64,000 nucleotides of DNA, taken from NCBI GenBank assembly GCA_045589515.1, contig JAZNPH010000045.1, positions 5,560 through 69,559 on the forward strand, read 5' to 3'. The notes beneath the pieces are model-generated. The model saw nothing but the letters and a program-made list of their open reading frames with translations. It ran no database searches and had not been told where the DNA came from. This DNA comes from Eubacteriales bacterium. GTDB taxonomy: Bacteria > Bacillota > Clostridia > Oscillospirales > CAG-382. Shown here in pieces: positions 55,198 to 63,430 of this stretch. Made by a program: the position numbers and the translations under genes. Numbering within the stretch: the stretch's first letter is position 1; every line of letters starts with the position of its first letter.

Positions 55198-58100
55198 TTA
55201 CTCCAAGACAATCAAGCTGATGGGAACCTGAATCGTCTCGTTGTCGTTGTACGCTTTCAACAGCAAACGATAGGTTCCGGGAGATGTTTCGCCGCTGAGC
55301 TTCACCACCACGGTACCGTCTGCCAATAAACCGCATTTAAACACGCCGTAGTCGCCCTGTGTTACATCGTTCACCGCTTCGATGACGTTGGTTTGCGTCA
55401 CGTAGGCGGCGCCGATCTTCCTTTGGCATTCCACGGTAATAGTGTCGGCATTTTGGGTTTTAAGTTTCACGGTCAGTGCTGTGGTAAGCTCCTCGGTGTG
55501 GAGCAAACGATCGCTGACGAAATCCACCCGCAATGATGGTTTCGTTTTGTCGGAGACAGCAAGATTCACGGGAGCTGCAACGGCATTCCCCATCATCGGG
55601 GCAGAGCCGTCTGCGGTTGCGGACGCCCAAAGCTCTATTTTCAACGTAGCAGACTTTACCGTTGGCGAATGGAAGGAAAGCGTTACAGTTCCATCCCCCT
55701 CCTGGACAGACGGCAAAGGAATCAAGAAGGTTCCTGCACCGGACATGTAATAGCGGGAATCTCCCACTTTTACATAGGAATTCACAGGAAGTGCCGACGA
55801 AGATCCCGAGCTGATCACCAAAGAGAAATTTCTGTTGGTGTAGCGGGAATCAGAAACGGAGCACTCCGTTTTGTAATCCAGTGTGATCTCTTCCTCCACG
55901 GAAACGGATACCTGAGAGGTGGAGAGGGAAAACTCCCTCTTTTTCACCGTTTGGAAGGTTAGAGAAGCAGGCGCGGTATCGTCCGTGCCGGATTTGATAG
56001 TCCTTTGCAGGGAAACGGTGTTGGTTCGGCAGGTCTCCCCCGCTTCCGGGAAGGAGACGAGGAATAGCAACCGCTCCGTTGTCACCGCTGTGCTTTGGGA
56101 CTCTGTAAAGAACCCGTTTTCGCCCATGACCTTGAAGGATTTCAAAGGAATCTCGGTGGACGTCCCGTCTGCCGTATAATGATAATACTTCAGAGACGCA
56201 GAATCCGTCCAGTCGATCATGGTGATGGTGGTGCCTTCTGCCAAAGGCTTTCCGTTTTCAAAAACAAGCTTGAGATCCTGATAGTTGGCAGGAATATAGT
56301 CCTTTGTGACAAACTGTGCCGTAAAGGCAGAATCGGCGCTGACCACCGCACTTGTTTTCCCTTCGAAGGGAACGAAGACTTTACCTGCAACAATGGCAGA
56401 GCTGGTTGCTTCAGCCGCGGCAAGCTCGCGGCGGATGGTGATGAACACCGGTACGATAACGCCGTTATCCCCTACCAGCGTCAGTGCAACAGTACGTTCC
56501 GTTACGATATCGCTGAGAGCGTTTGCGTTTTCGATGGTGAAGATAAATTCGGGAGCTGTGTTCCTCGGCAAGGATCCGACCAAGGTATCGTCCTTTTTGA
56601 TGGGAACGGGGGGGCTTCCCACTTCGTCGGTGGCGCTGTTTTTCACCGAAACCTTGATACGGAAGTTTTCGTTTGCTTCCGCACTGGAGGCGGAGCTGAA
56701 GTCATACGTGCCGTCCATCAGGTTCACGTTGAAGGGTGTAATATGCTTGATGGAATAAGACTGAGCCAATATAAACTGTGGGAGAACGAAGGATGCGGTT
56801 TTGGAACCGTCCAGAGGCTCGCCCTTGGCCGCAGTCAAGGTGATCGATTTGGGAACTTCCGGAGTATATTGGAGCGTAATGGTACAGCCATCGGTAGATT
56901 GGATACCTGCAGTACTGTTGGAGCCAATGGTATAATGATAATAGCCACGGCTGTGCCAACGGATCTTCATACCTGCGAGCTGGGGATACTCCGTATCCTC
57001 CCCTGTGTATTTCAGGGGCACGGAAATAACACTGACCGACCCGTTGTTGATGATATCTCCATCTGCTATCACCTTAATGGCAGTAACCTCTTCCCAGGTT
57101 TTTCCGGAAGGAAGCGTTTCCACCCAATTTTGGGCACTATAAGCTTGATCGTAATTTTTCACTTCGTCAAAGCAATATCGAAGCTTTAATGGGGTCCCCT
57201 GCTGATTGTGCAGCGTTGGAGCGGAGCTGACCGCCAAAGTGATGTCGCACTGCTCCACAAAGTTGGAGTTGAGATCAAAGCCCTTCTTGGCGATGGGGAT
57301 GATGTAGTAGAAATCTTTTGCAGTACCGCCTTCGATGCACTTCACCTGCAACTGATAGGTAACGATATCCGCAAAGTTCTCCATGGGAACGTTGCTTCCG
57401 CTTTCTCCCTTGGAATTGATCAGGCTGTCAGTAATATCCAGCTCTGCGGGACGGGCAAAAAAGGTGACGGAGCCTGCAGAAGCGAAGCACCCCACATTAT
57501 CGCCGGTTCTCCCGTCACCGGTCAAGTCATACGTATCTTTTACAGCATTCTTTGAATACGAACCTCCGGCACCATTGCTCCTTTTATATCCGGCAACAAA
57601 CACACATTCGCGCAAATTAATCGTTCGGGTCGACATCGTGCTGTCGCTATTCAATTGAAGCGAAAACGATAATGTATTGCCGTGGGGCAATGCCCCTAAA
57701 GTCTCGTTATAATATCCAATCTTTTCGCCTCGTTTAAACTCGATGATGTAAAAAACATCCGTTGCACTAACCGGTTTAGGGGTTACATTAGCAACCTCAA
57801 GCGTTCCGCCCACATATTTGGCGGTAATGGAAGCAGTATTCACCGTAACGCCTTTGGGCAAAAGAAGACCGAGTCGAATATCGTTGAGACACGCATTACT
57901 GGTATAAGGGTATCGAATGACAAACACTCTGCCGCTAATTGTGACAGAACCGCCTGCATTTACGGAATTCGAAGATAGCGCAGCAGCTTCCAAGCCGTAT
58001 GATACACCGGTACCGTTGTCAAAAACCGAACTGCAGGTTGCATTGAAAACTTTATTCTTCTCCTCGCCGTCAACGGTGTATAACGTAATTCTATGCACCG

Positions 58101-59739
58101 GCTTTATAGCAGGCATCTCGGAAATGTTCACATATCCCCAAATCGTGCCGGCGGAATATGCGGCAGAAGAGGCACCGGCGTGGTATGCTTTACTGTTTCC
58201 CGGCAGATTCCCCATAGAATAGGAAAGCATTTTGAAATAATATGCACGATGATCCGCCGGAAGATTATTGCGGGAAAAAACCAGATAATGAGCTTCTGTT
58301 ATGGTTTTGCCCGGAGAGTAGTGCGGATTCTTGACAGAAGTCGTGAAAGAGCGCCCCTCAAAGGCAGGATTTCCGTCCCGATCCACCAAAGTATACTCAA
58401 TGGAAATCATCTCCGTATCTCTGTCACACATCAAGTTGACGGTGGTAACAGATACATGGTTTGTTTCATTGGTATCAAAAGAAAGTTCTATCCAAAGAGG
58501 CCCGCTACCGTTCAATGCGGAATCGTTGCGCATGGCAAGCGTTCCCATTAACTGAACTGCCTCCAAATCCAAAACATTTGCTTTCCCGTTCACGGTGTGA
58601 GCCTTTAAAACCGCCTCGGTATTGGTATCAAGGCGAATTGCAAAAGTATGATCCTTTAACGTTCTTCCGTCAATACTTACGGAAACCTTACCGTAGAATG
58701 TATAGTTGCCGGGAACGGATTTTAGTGCTTCCGGCGCTGAAAACAGAATTTCAAACAATTTTGAACTTTTGAAATACATCTGCTCTGCTCTGATTTGAAC
58801 AACACCCGTCTCCTCGTCATAAGATTCCGTAAACACAGGTGTCCCATTCGCCGTCGACAAAGAAACATTGCTGTACTTCAATCTATGGGTCGTACCGCTC
58901 ACGGTACACACAGGAAGACTGATACTGACCTTTAAATCTTTAATCAGATTATCACAACCTAAATTGTTCGATGAAAAATAAGAAAAAATAGTTTTAAGAG
59001 TCCCTTCGGCACCCATAATATCCGTGGCAACGGAGGAACCGCCAACCAAATAGGACGAAGTCGTCGTCTCATACGAAAGCTGACCGGAAACGGTGATCTG
59101 TTTCAAAGAAACCGAAGGTCCAACCGGTTCAAAAACACCTTCCCCATTTTCCTGCATCAACGTGAATTTCAAAAGCGGGGTTTCCCCATCGCCCAGGCCA
59201 CTGCCATTCTGCTTATCCCATAGGCCAGGGGTAAATCGGAACGGCAAGCTCATGGTAAGCGCATTTAAGCCCTCATTCAAGGTATAGGTCAATTGAGCAT
59301 AACTGTACTTATGCGGCGTATATTCTCCATCGGTATTGACCGTAAAAGGATCATTTCTCTGTGCCGTGATGGTAGCGTCCCCAGAAGAAGGATCGTCGGT
59401 TAGATTCACATACAGCACAGGGTCCATTTCAATTACGAAACGGTACTGCTTGTCCGTGGACATACCATCTATCTGAAGCCACAAATAACGGTCCGTGGAG
59501 GTGTAGTTTGCGTTGTCATACTCCCAGTCGGTCAATTTGGAGCCTTCCTGTGTGAGAGGGGTATCCAAGCTGGCTCGGTCGGCGTCGAAATACAGTCCCG
59601 CAGAGAAGCTGACATCACCTGCGGTATAAACCGCTTCTTCGGCGGCGGCAACCGTCGGGAGCGGGGGCATCAGGGGACAAAGGACGCAAAAGGTCAAAAG
59701 CCCTGCCAACAAACGCAATCCGATTCTTCTGTTGTTCAT
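55198..59739 (-). CDS. giant secreted surface protein (1513 aa), no recognised catalytic or anchor motif; C-terminal ~380 aa homologous to the 1862-aa protein
   Basis: Signal peptide ...LPTVAAA|EEA and a long beta-rich sequence. C-terminal VSADSAFTAQFVTKDYIPANYQDLKLVF...GTTITMID matches ISRDSAFTVYFDVDNYDSTEYKAIKLMF...GTTVLMLD of the other giant. Confidence 0.75.
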   Translation of the reverse strand: MNNRRIGLRLLAGLLTFCVLCPLMPPLPTVAAAEEAVYTAGDVSFSAGLYFDADRASLDTPLTQEGSKLTDWEYDNANYTSTDRYLWLQIDGMSTDKQYRFVIEMDPVLYVNLTDDPSSGDATITAQRNDPFTVNTDGEYTPHKYSYAQLTYTLNEGLNALTMSLPFRFTPGLWDKQNGSGLGDGETPLLKFTLMQENGEGVFEPVGPSVSLKQITVSGQLSYETTTSSYLVGGSSVATDIMGAEGTLKTIFSYFSSNNLGCDNLIKDLKVSISLPVCTVSGTTHRLKYSNVSLSTANGTPVFTESYDEETGVVQIRAEQMYFKSSKLFEILFSAPEALKSVPGNYTFYGKVSVSIDGRTLKDHTFAIRLDTNTEAVLKAHTVNGKANVLDLEAVQLMGTLAMRNDSALNGSGPLWIELSFDTNETNHVSVTTVNLMCDRDTEMISIEYTLVDRDGNPAFEGRSFTTSVKNPHYSPGKTITEAHYLVFSRNNLPADHRAYYFKMLSYSMGNLPGNSKAYHAGASSAAYSAGTIWGYVNISEMPAIKPVHRITLYTVDGEEKNKVFNATCSSVFDNGTGVSYGLEAAALSSNSVNAGGSVTISGRVFVIRYPYTSNACLNDIRLGLLLPKGVTVNTASITAKYVGGTLEVANVTPKPVSATDVFYIIEFKRGEKIGYYNETLGALPHGNTLSFSLQLNSDSTMSTRTINLRECVFVAGYKRSNGAGGSYSKNAVKDTYDLTGDGRTGDNVGCFASAGSVTFFARPAELDITDSLINSKGESGSNVPMENFADIVTYQLQVKCIEGGTAKDFYYIIPIAKKGFDLNSNFVEQCDITLAVSSAPTLHNQQGTPLKLRYCFDEVKNYDQAYSAQNWVETLPSGKTWEEVTAIKVIADGDIINNGSVSVISVPLKYTGEDTEYPQLAGMKIRWHSRGYYHYTIGSNSTAGIQSTDGCTITLQYTPEVPKSITLTAAKGEPLDGSKTASFVLPQFILAQSYSIKHITPFNVNLMDGTYDFSSASSAEANENFRIKVSVKNSATDEVGSPPVPIKKDDTLVGSLPRNTAPEFIFTIENANALSDIVTERTVALTLVGDNGVIVPVFITIRRELAAAEATSSAIVAGKVFVPFEGKTSAVVSADSAFTAQFVTKDYIPANYQDLKLVFENGKPLAEGTTITMIDWTDSASLKYYHYTADGTSTEIPLKSFKVMGENGFFTESQSTAVTTERLLFLVSFPEAGETCRTNTVSLQRTIKSGTDDTAPASLTFQTVKKREFSLSTSQVSVSVEEEITLDYKTECSVSDSRYTNRNFSLVISSGSSSALPVNSYVKVGDSRYYMSGAGTFLIPLPSVQEGDGTVTLSFHSPTVKSATLKIELWASATADGSAPMMGNAVAAPVNLAVSDKTKPSLRVDFVSDRLLHTEELTTALTVKLKTQNADTITVECQRKIGAAYVTQTNVIEAVNDVTQGDYGVFKCGLLADGTVVVKLSGETSPGTYRLLLKAYNDNETIQVPISLIVLE

Positions 59740-59774
59740 TGCTTTCTCCCCCCTTCGATGTCGTTGAAAATTTC

Positions 59775-60521
59775 TTACGGAACTGCTTTTGTCACAGTGA
59801 TCTGGCTGCTGTAATCCTTGGCGGGATCATTTTTATAAAAAGTAAACGTATACTGAGAATTTGCTTTGACGGTCACTTGGCAGGACATTCCGCTTGCGAA
59901 AGCCAGCAAAGGATCCGTATTATCGGGGACGACGCCATCAAGCCAGGAAATGATAACGTCCCCATGATAATCCGTCGTGGTAACGACAACATGCAGAAAA
60001 GGACTACCTATATTGTCATTTACCTGAACAGCCAGGTCAACGTTTTCCGCCACAACGGTGAAGCGCCCCTGCAATCTGGTTACGTAGGGAGACGTAGACG
60101 TGACGGTAACGGTGTAAACACCCGGTTCAAGGCCGTCAAAGGTAACGATCTCTTCGTCTCGAACACCCGCAGACAACGCAATGGTTTGCTTTTTCTCCCC
60201 GAAAGAAGAGGTCAGCACCACCTCGCATTGAACGGCAGTCTCGGAAACCCGTAATTCGTCGGGATAGTTCATCAACCGAAAGGAGATCTCCTTGACACCC
60301 GCTTGCAGAGTATACAAGGGAATCGGTTCGGTTTCAACCGCCAAAAGATCGCTTTCCAAGTAGAAGCTTTTGGCAATATAGGGCGTATCGGAGGTTTCCG
60401 CCGAAACGTATTTTGCCAACGTATACACACCCGCAGACACCGCAACGGCAAGCACGAGAAACGCCGTCACGGACAGGAGAATCATTCTGTTGTGGCGGGG
60501 AACTTGCTTGCGATTGTTCAC
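59775..60521 (-). CDS. medium (248 aa) secreted protein with SipW-cognate-like N-terminus; paralogue of 53767..54588
   Basis: ...MILLSVTAFLVLAVAVSAGVYTLAKYVSAETSDTPYIAKSFYLESDLL... and ...GVVPDNTDPLL.... Confidence 0.6.
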   Translation of the reverse strand: MNNRKQVPRHNRMILLSVTAFLVLAVAVSAGVYTLAKYVSAETSDTPYIAKSFYLESDLLAVETEPIPLYTLQAGVKEISFRLMNYPDELRVSETAVQCEVVLTSSFGEKKQTIALSAGVRDEEIVTFDGLEPGVYTVTVTSTSPYVTRLQGRFTVVAENVDLAVQVNDNIGSPFLHVVVTTTDYHGDVIISWLDGVVPDNTDPLLAFASGMSCQVTVKANSQYTFTFYKNDPAKDYSSQITVTKAVP

Positions 60522-60532
60522 CGGATTACCTC

Positions 60533-61039
60533 TTAATCGATCTGTTCTGTTTCTATAATCACCTGCAAAGCGTCCATTTCAAACGCTTGGGTAGCAGGCT
60601 GGGGAGATTCCCAAAGGATCTGTACCTCGTAGGTAACGGATTGAGATTCCCCTGCGTGGAAAACGCCTTGGATCTTGTCGATCTTCGTTTGCTCTCCCCC
60701 ATCCACCTTAAAGTACGTAAAGGCGAGGGGAAGGTTTTTCGTCAGATTGATCACCTTGACGCGGTATGTCTGGGCAACCTCGCAGACGGAACCGCCCTCC
60801 GTGTTTGTTATGGTAAAGCGGATGCGGTTTTCTTCACCCGGGGCGGCATACAGATCGGACAGGGTATAGGTCGCATCCCCGGCCATCAGCGCCACACGGG
60901 CGGAATCCTGCCCCGAGGATTTGGTGAGATAACGAGCATAGAGTCCCGACAGCATGGCAGTGGTGAAGGCGGTTGCGCACAAAAGAATCAATGCGAGACG
61001 CATGGTGAACTGTCCGCTAAGTATCCGTTTTTTGTCCAC
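60533..61039 (-). CDS. small (169 aa) TasA/camelysin-like candidate fibre subunit with SipW-cognate-like signal
   Basis: Start set at GTG 61039 (AAGGAGGG 6 nt upstream), because alignment with the 163-aa paralogue begins at DKKRILSGQFTMRLALILLCATAFTTAMLSGLYARYLTKSSGQDSARVA. Ends ...IIETEQID. Confidence 0.6.
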   Translation of the reverse strand: MDKKRILSGQFTMRLALILLCATAFTTAMLSGLYARYLTKSSGQDSARVALMAGDATYTLSDLYAAPGEENRIRFTITNTEGGSVCEVAQTYRVKVINLTKNLPLAFTYFKVDGGEQTKIDKIQGVFHAGESQSVTYEVQILWESPQPATQAFEMDALQVIIETEQID

Positions 61040-61055
61040 GATGCGCCCTCCTTTT

Positions 61056-61643
61056 TTAGTCTTCGGTCTTCTCTTGCGTGTCTTCGGGTTGGTTCTGCAT
61101 AGATTGCAGGCGGCGGATCTCTTCCTTGATCTGCTCCAATTCATCCATGGATTCCTGTTTTTCCTTGCGGAAGGAACGTTCCATCAGGAAGAAAGCGGCG
61201 CCGAGGATGAGAATGATGCCCAAGGGAGAACGGATGAAGGTGAGGATCAGCCCCACATAGGGCAGAGAGGCCACCACTTCCCCTTTGATGTCGGAAAGCT
61301 TGATGGCGGGATCCGCAGTTTGATTGGCATCCCCTTGGGTGACGACGGATTCACCGTCGATGGAAATGATGCGGTGGACGATGAGTGTTCCGTAGCTTTG
61401 GTACACCACCACGTCCCCCACCTCGTAGGAATCCCGCGCGATGACGATGATCATATCGTTGACTTGAAGCTCCGGTTCCATGCTGCCGGAAAGCACCACG
61501 GAGGTTGCGAAGCCCAAGGGCATGGGCATTTTGTTGCCGCCGAGGCTGCGGGCGTTCCAGGAATACAATTGGATTCCCAGAAAAGCACCTGCCAGGGCGA
61601 TGATCACAATGCGCAGGATCAGGCGTTTTGTGTTGGTCTTCAT
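61056..61643 (-). CDS. sipW: archaeal/ER-type signal peptidase I (SipW-like, S26B)
   Basis: VLSGSMEPELQVNDMII...GDVVVY...LIVHRII...TQGDANQTADP is the Ser/His S26B pattern as in B. subtilis SipW. A C-terminal TM helix is followed by a charged tail. ATG at 61643 forms an ATGA overlap with the upstream stop. Confidence 0.88.
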   Translation of the reverse strand: MKTNTKRLILRIVIIALAGAFLGIQLYSWNARSLGGNKMPMPLGFATSVVLSGSMEPELQVNDMIIVIARDSYEVGDVVVYQSYGTLIVHRIISIDGESVVTQGDANQTADPAIKLSDIKGEVVASLPYVGLILTFIRSPLGIILILGAAFFLMERSFRKEKQESMDELEQIKEEIRRLQSMQNQPEDTQEKTED

Positions 61644-62560
61644 AAGGTATCGTATGCAGAGTGTCTGTTTTTTGCTTGGTAAACCACGTAAAGCCCTGCA
61701 AGGGCCGCCAAAGCGATCAACAACCACCAGAAGGTAGAGTTATCGTCCCCGGTGACAGGCAGGTCGCCGCTGCTGTTATCGGAATCGGCACTTTGCTTGG
61801 CGTTGGTTTCGATGATCACGGTGAGGGTGACCTCCTGGTTTTCCACTGCAAGGTTGCCCAGGTATGTGTCGTACTCGTCGTCCCCTTCAAAAGCCCATTC
61901 CCAATCCATGGTGTAGGTATGCTGTCTGCCTGCGCCGATGGTGCTTTCGCACACCATGCCGTCCAGATCCAGAATATCCTCAAAGGAATCTTCGGAGCCT
62001 ACGGCATAGCTTCCGTCGGCAGTGCGGAGGCGCACCTTGATGGGAACGTCGTGATCGCTGAAGTTGACGAAGGCGGAAAGGTCCAGAGAGTAATCCAAAG
62101 CGAAATCGCCGGAATTTTCCAGAGTGAAGGTATATGCGTTGGAGGTGCCGGGGGCGATGACCTTATCGGTGCCGCCGTCCACGGTGATCTTGCCCTCCCC
62201 GTTTTCATAGGAGACCTTGAACAGCTCCACGTTGGTAATGCCGTTCCAGATGGTATTTTCGTCCGCGGGAGTGGAAGACGTATCCAGAGGACGGAAGGTG
62301 TTCAACGCATAGGGAGAAGCGGGGATCTTCAGCTCCGCTTCGGGGAAGGTGATGCGGCCGTCTTCATCCATTCTGCCCACACGCACGGTGGTACGTGCGT
62401 GGGAGCGGGTAAGGGAAAACACGTTGCGGGAGGGCTCGCCGGAAAAGGGAGTGAGGCGGCTACCCAGCATCACCAGAGCGCAGGCTTCGAAAAGGAGCAG
62501 CAAAGCGATGAGAACGCTGAACACGCTGTTATTCTTTTTGAGGCTTTTGTACTCGTTCAT
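61640..62560 (-). CDS. TasA-like-domain surface protein with LPXTG cell-wall sorting signal
   Basis: N-terminal TM/signal. Body motifs SNAYTFTLENSGDFALDYSL and HTYTMDWEWAFEGDDEYDTYLGNLAVENQEVTLTVIIET parallel the 235-aa protein (FDISWKWLFEGDN...DTVLGDAA...LKIDITVTQ). C-terminus LPVTGD plus hydrophobic helix plus KNRH. Confidence 0.7.
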   Translation of the reverse strand: MNEYKSLKKNNSVFSVLIALLLLFEACALVMLGSRLTPFSGEPSRNVFSLTRSHARTTVRVGRMDEDGRITFPEAELKIPASPYALNTFRPLDTSSTPADENTIWNGITNVELFKVSYENGEGKITVDGGTDKVIAPGTSNAYTFTLENSGDFALDYSLDLSAFVNFSDHDVPIKVRLRTADGSYAVGSEDSFEDILDLDGMVCESTIGAGRQHTYTMDWEWAFEGDDEYDTYLGNLAVENQEVTLTVIIETNAKQSADSDNSSGDLPVTGDDNSTFWWLLIALAALAGLYVVYQAKNRHSAYDTL

Positions 62561-62644
62561 ATACGCTTTTATCCTCCTTTTGGGTAGGTTGTAGGAAGTT
62601 CTCTTCCCTTTGTAGACTTCCGTAGGAGCACGGGAGCTTGCAAA

Positions 62645-62693
62645 GAAAAAAGAGGGGAATACGCCCCTCCGACCCGGCCACGTCGGGTCGGAG
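62645..62693 (-). terminator. intrinsic terminator/attenuator directly after the 235-aa subunit gene
   Basis: Minus strand: ctccgacccg-acgtgg-ccgggtcggag, then gagggg-cgtatt-cccctc followed by ttttttc. Confidence 0.7.
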
Positions 62694-62722
62694 AGACGAA
62701 AAGTGCTTTTTTGTGTGTTTGA

Positions 62723-63430
62723 TTAGTCGATCTGGGTAACGGTGATATCGATTTTAAGACCAATATTCAAATCTGCCAATGCAGCAGCATCGCCAAGCAC
62801 GGTATCGTACACATCGGTCTGTTTAATCTTCTCGCCGGAGTTATCACCTTCGAACAGCCATTTCCAACTAATGTCAAACGCTGTACCATTAGTAATCTCG
62901 GACAAATCCTTGTTAGGATCATACTTTGCAGAGTATGCCTCGATTTTTTCTTCAACGGCAGCGATAAAGCCGTCCGCATTATCATAATCTAAACCAGAAA
63001 CAGTTTCAGTACCAATGGTAAAGACAACAGGGCAGTAGAACTTGTCTACTTCGTCTACTTCAACCAACCAATTATCAGAAAGAGTCATGGTCGCCACAAA
63101 CTTTACGTCAACTGCAACCTCAGGAGTTCCTGCAAGCGTAATCTCGGTAAGCTTACCCTGAGTACCGGGGGCGAGAACAAAATCCTTGTCACCAGTTCCA
63201 GAAGATACAGAATAAGTTCCGGTAAAATTATCATCTTCTTTCGCGTAGTCTTTTAAAAACAAGGTGTTGTTTTCAGCAACGATTTTAACACCGAACTTTG
63301 CAACTCTTGCGGTGTCGGTTGCGCTGTCAGAAGTAACATACTTCGCGAAGGTGCCGCTGATGGCGCAGGTGGACATGAGAACTGCGATCAAGAGAACGGA
63401 AGCCAGTCTCATCATCTTGTTTTTCTTCAT
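62723..63430 (-). CDS. 235-aa TasA/BsaA-like candidate major fibre subunit with SipW-cognate-like signal
   Basis: MKKNKMMRLASVLLIAVLMSTCAISGTFAKYVTSDSATDTARVAKFGV... with a strong SD (GAAAGGAG). Followed by its own terminator. Ends ...IDITVTQID. Confidence 0.65.
   Translation of the reverse strand: MKKNKMMRLASVLLIAVLMSTCAISGTFAKYVTSDSATDTARVAKFGVKIVAENNTLFLKDYAKEDDNFTGTYSVSSGTGDKDFVLAPGTQGKLTEITLAGTPEVAVDVKFVATMTLSDNWLVEVDEVDKFYCPVVFTIGTETVSGLDYDNADGFIAAVEEKIEAYSAKYDPNKDLSEITNGTAFDISWKWLFEGDNSGEKIKQTDVYDTVLGDAAALADLNIGLKIDITVTQID

Noticed and set aside
61661-62587. 308-aa + strand ORF (and 60954-61682, 242 aa) within the SipW locus
   Set aside because: These are antisense to the LPXTG protein and sipW genes, both of which have clear signals and motifs.
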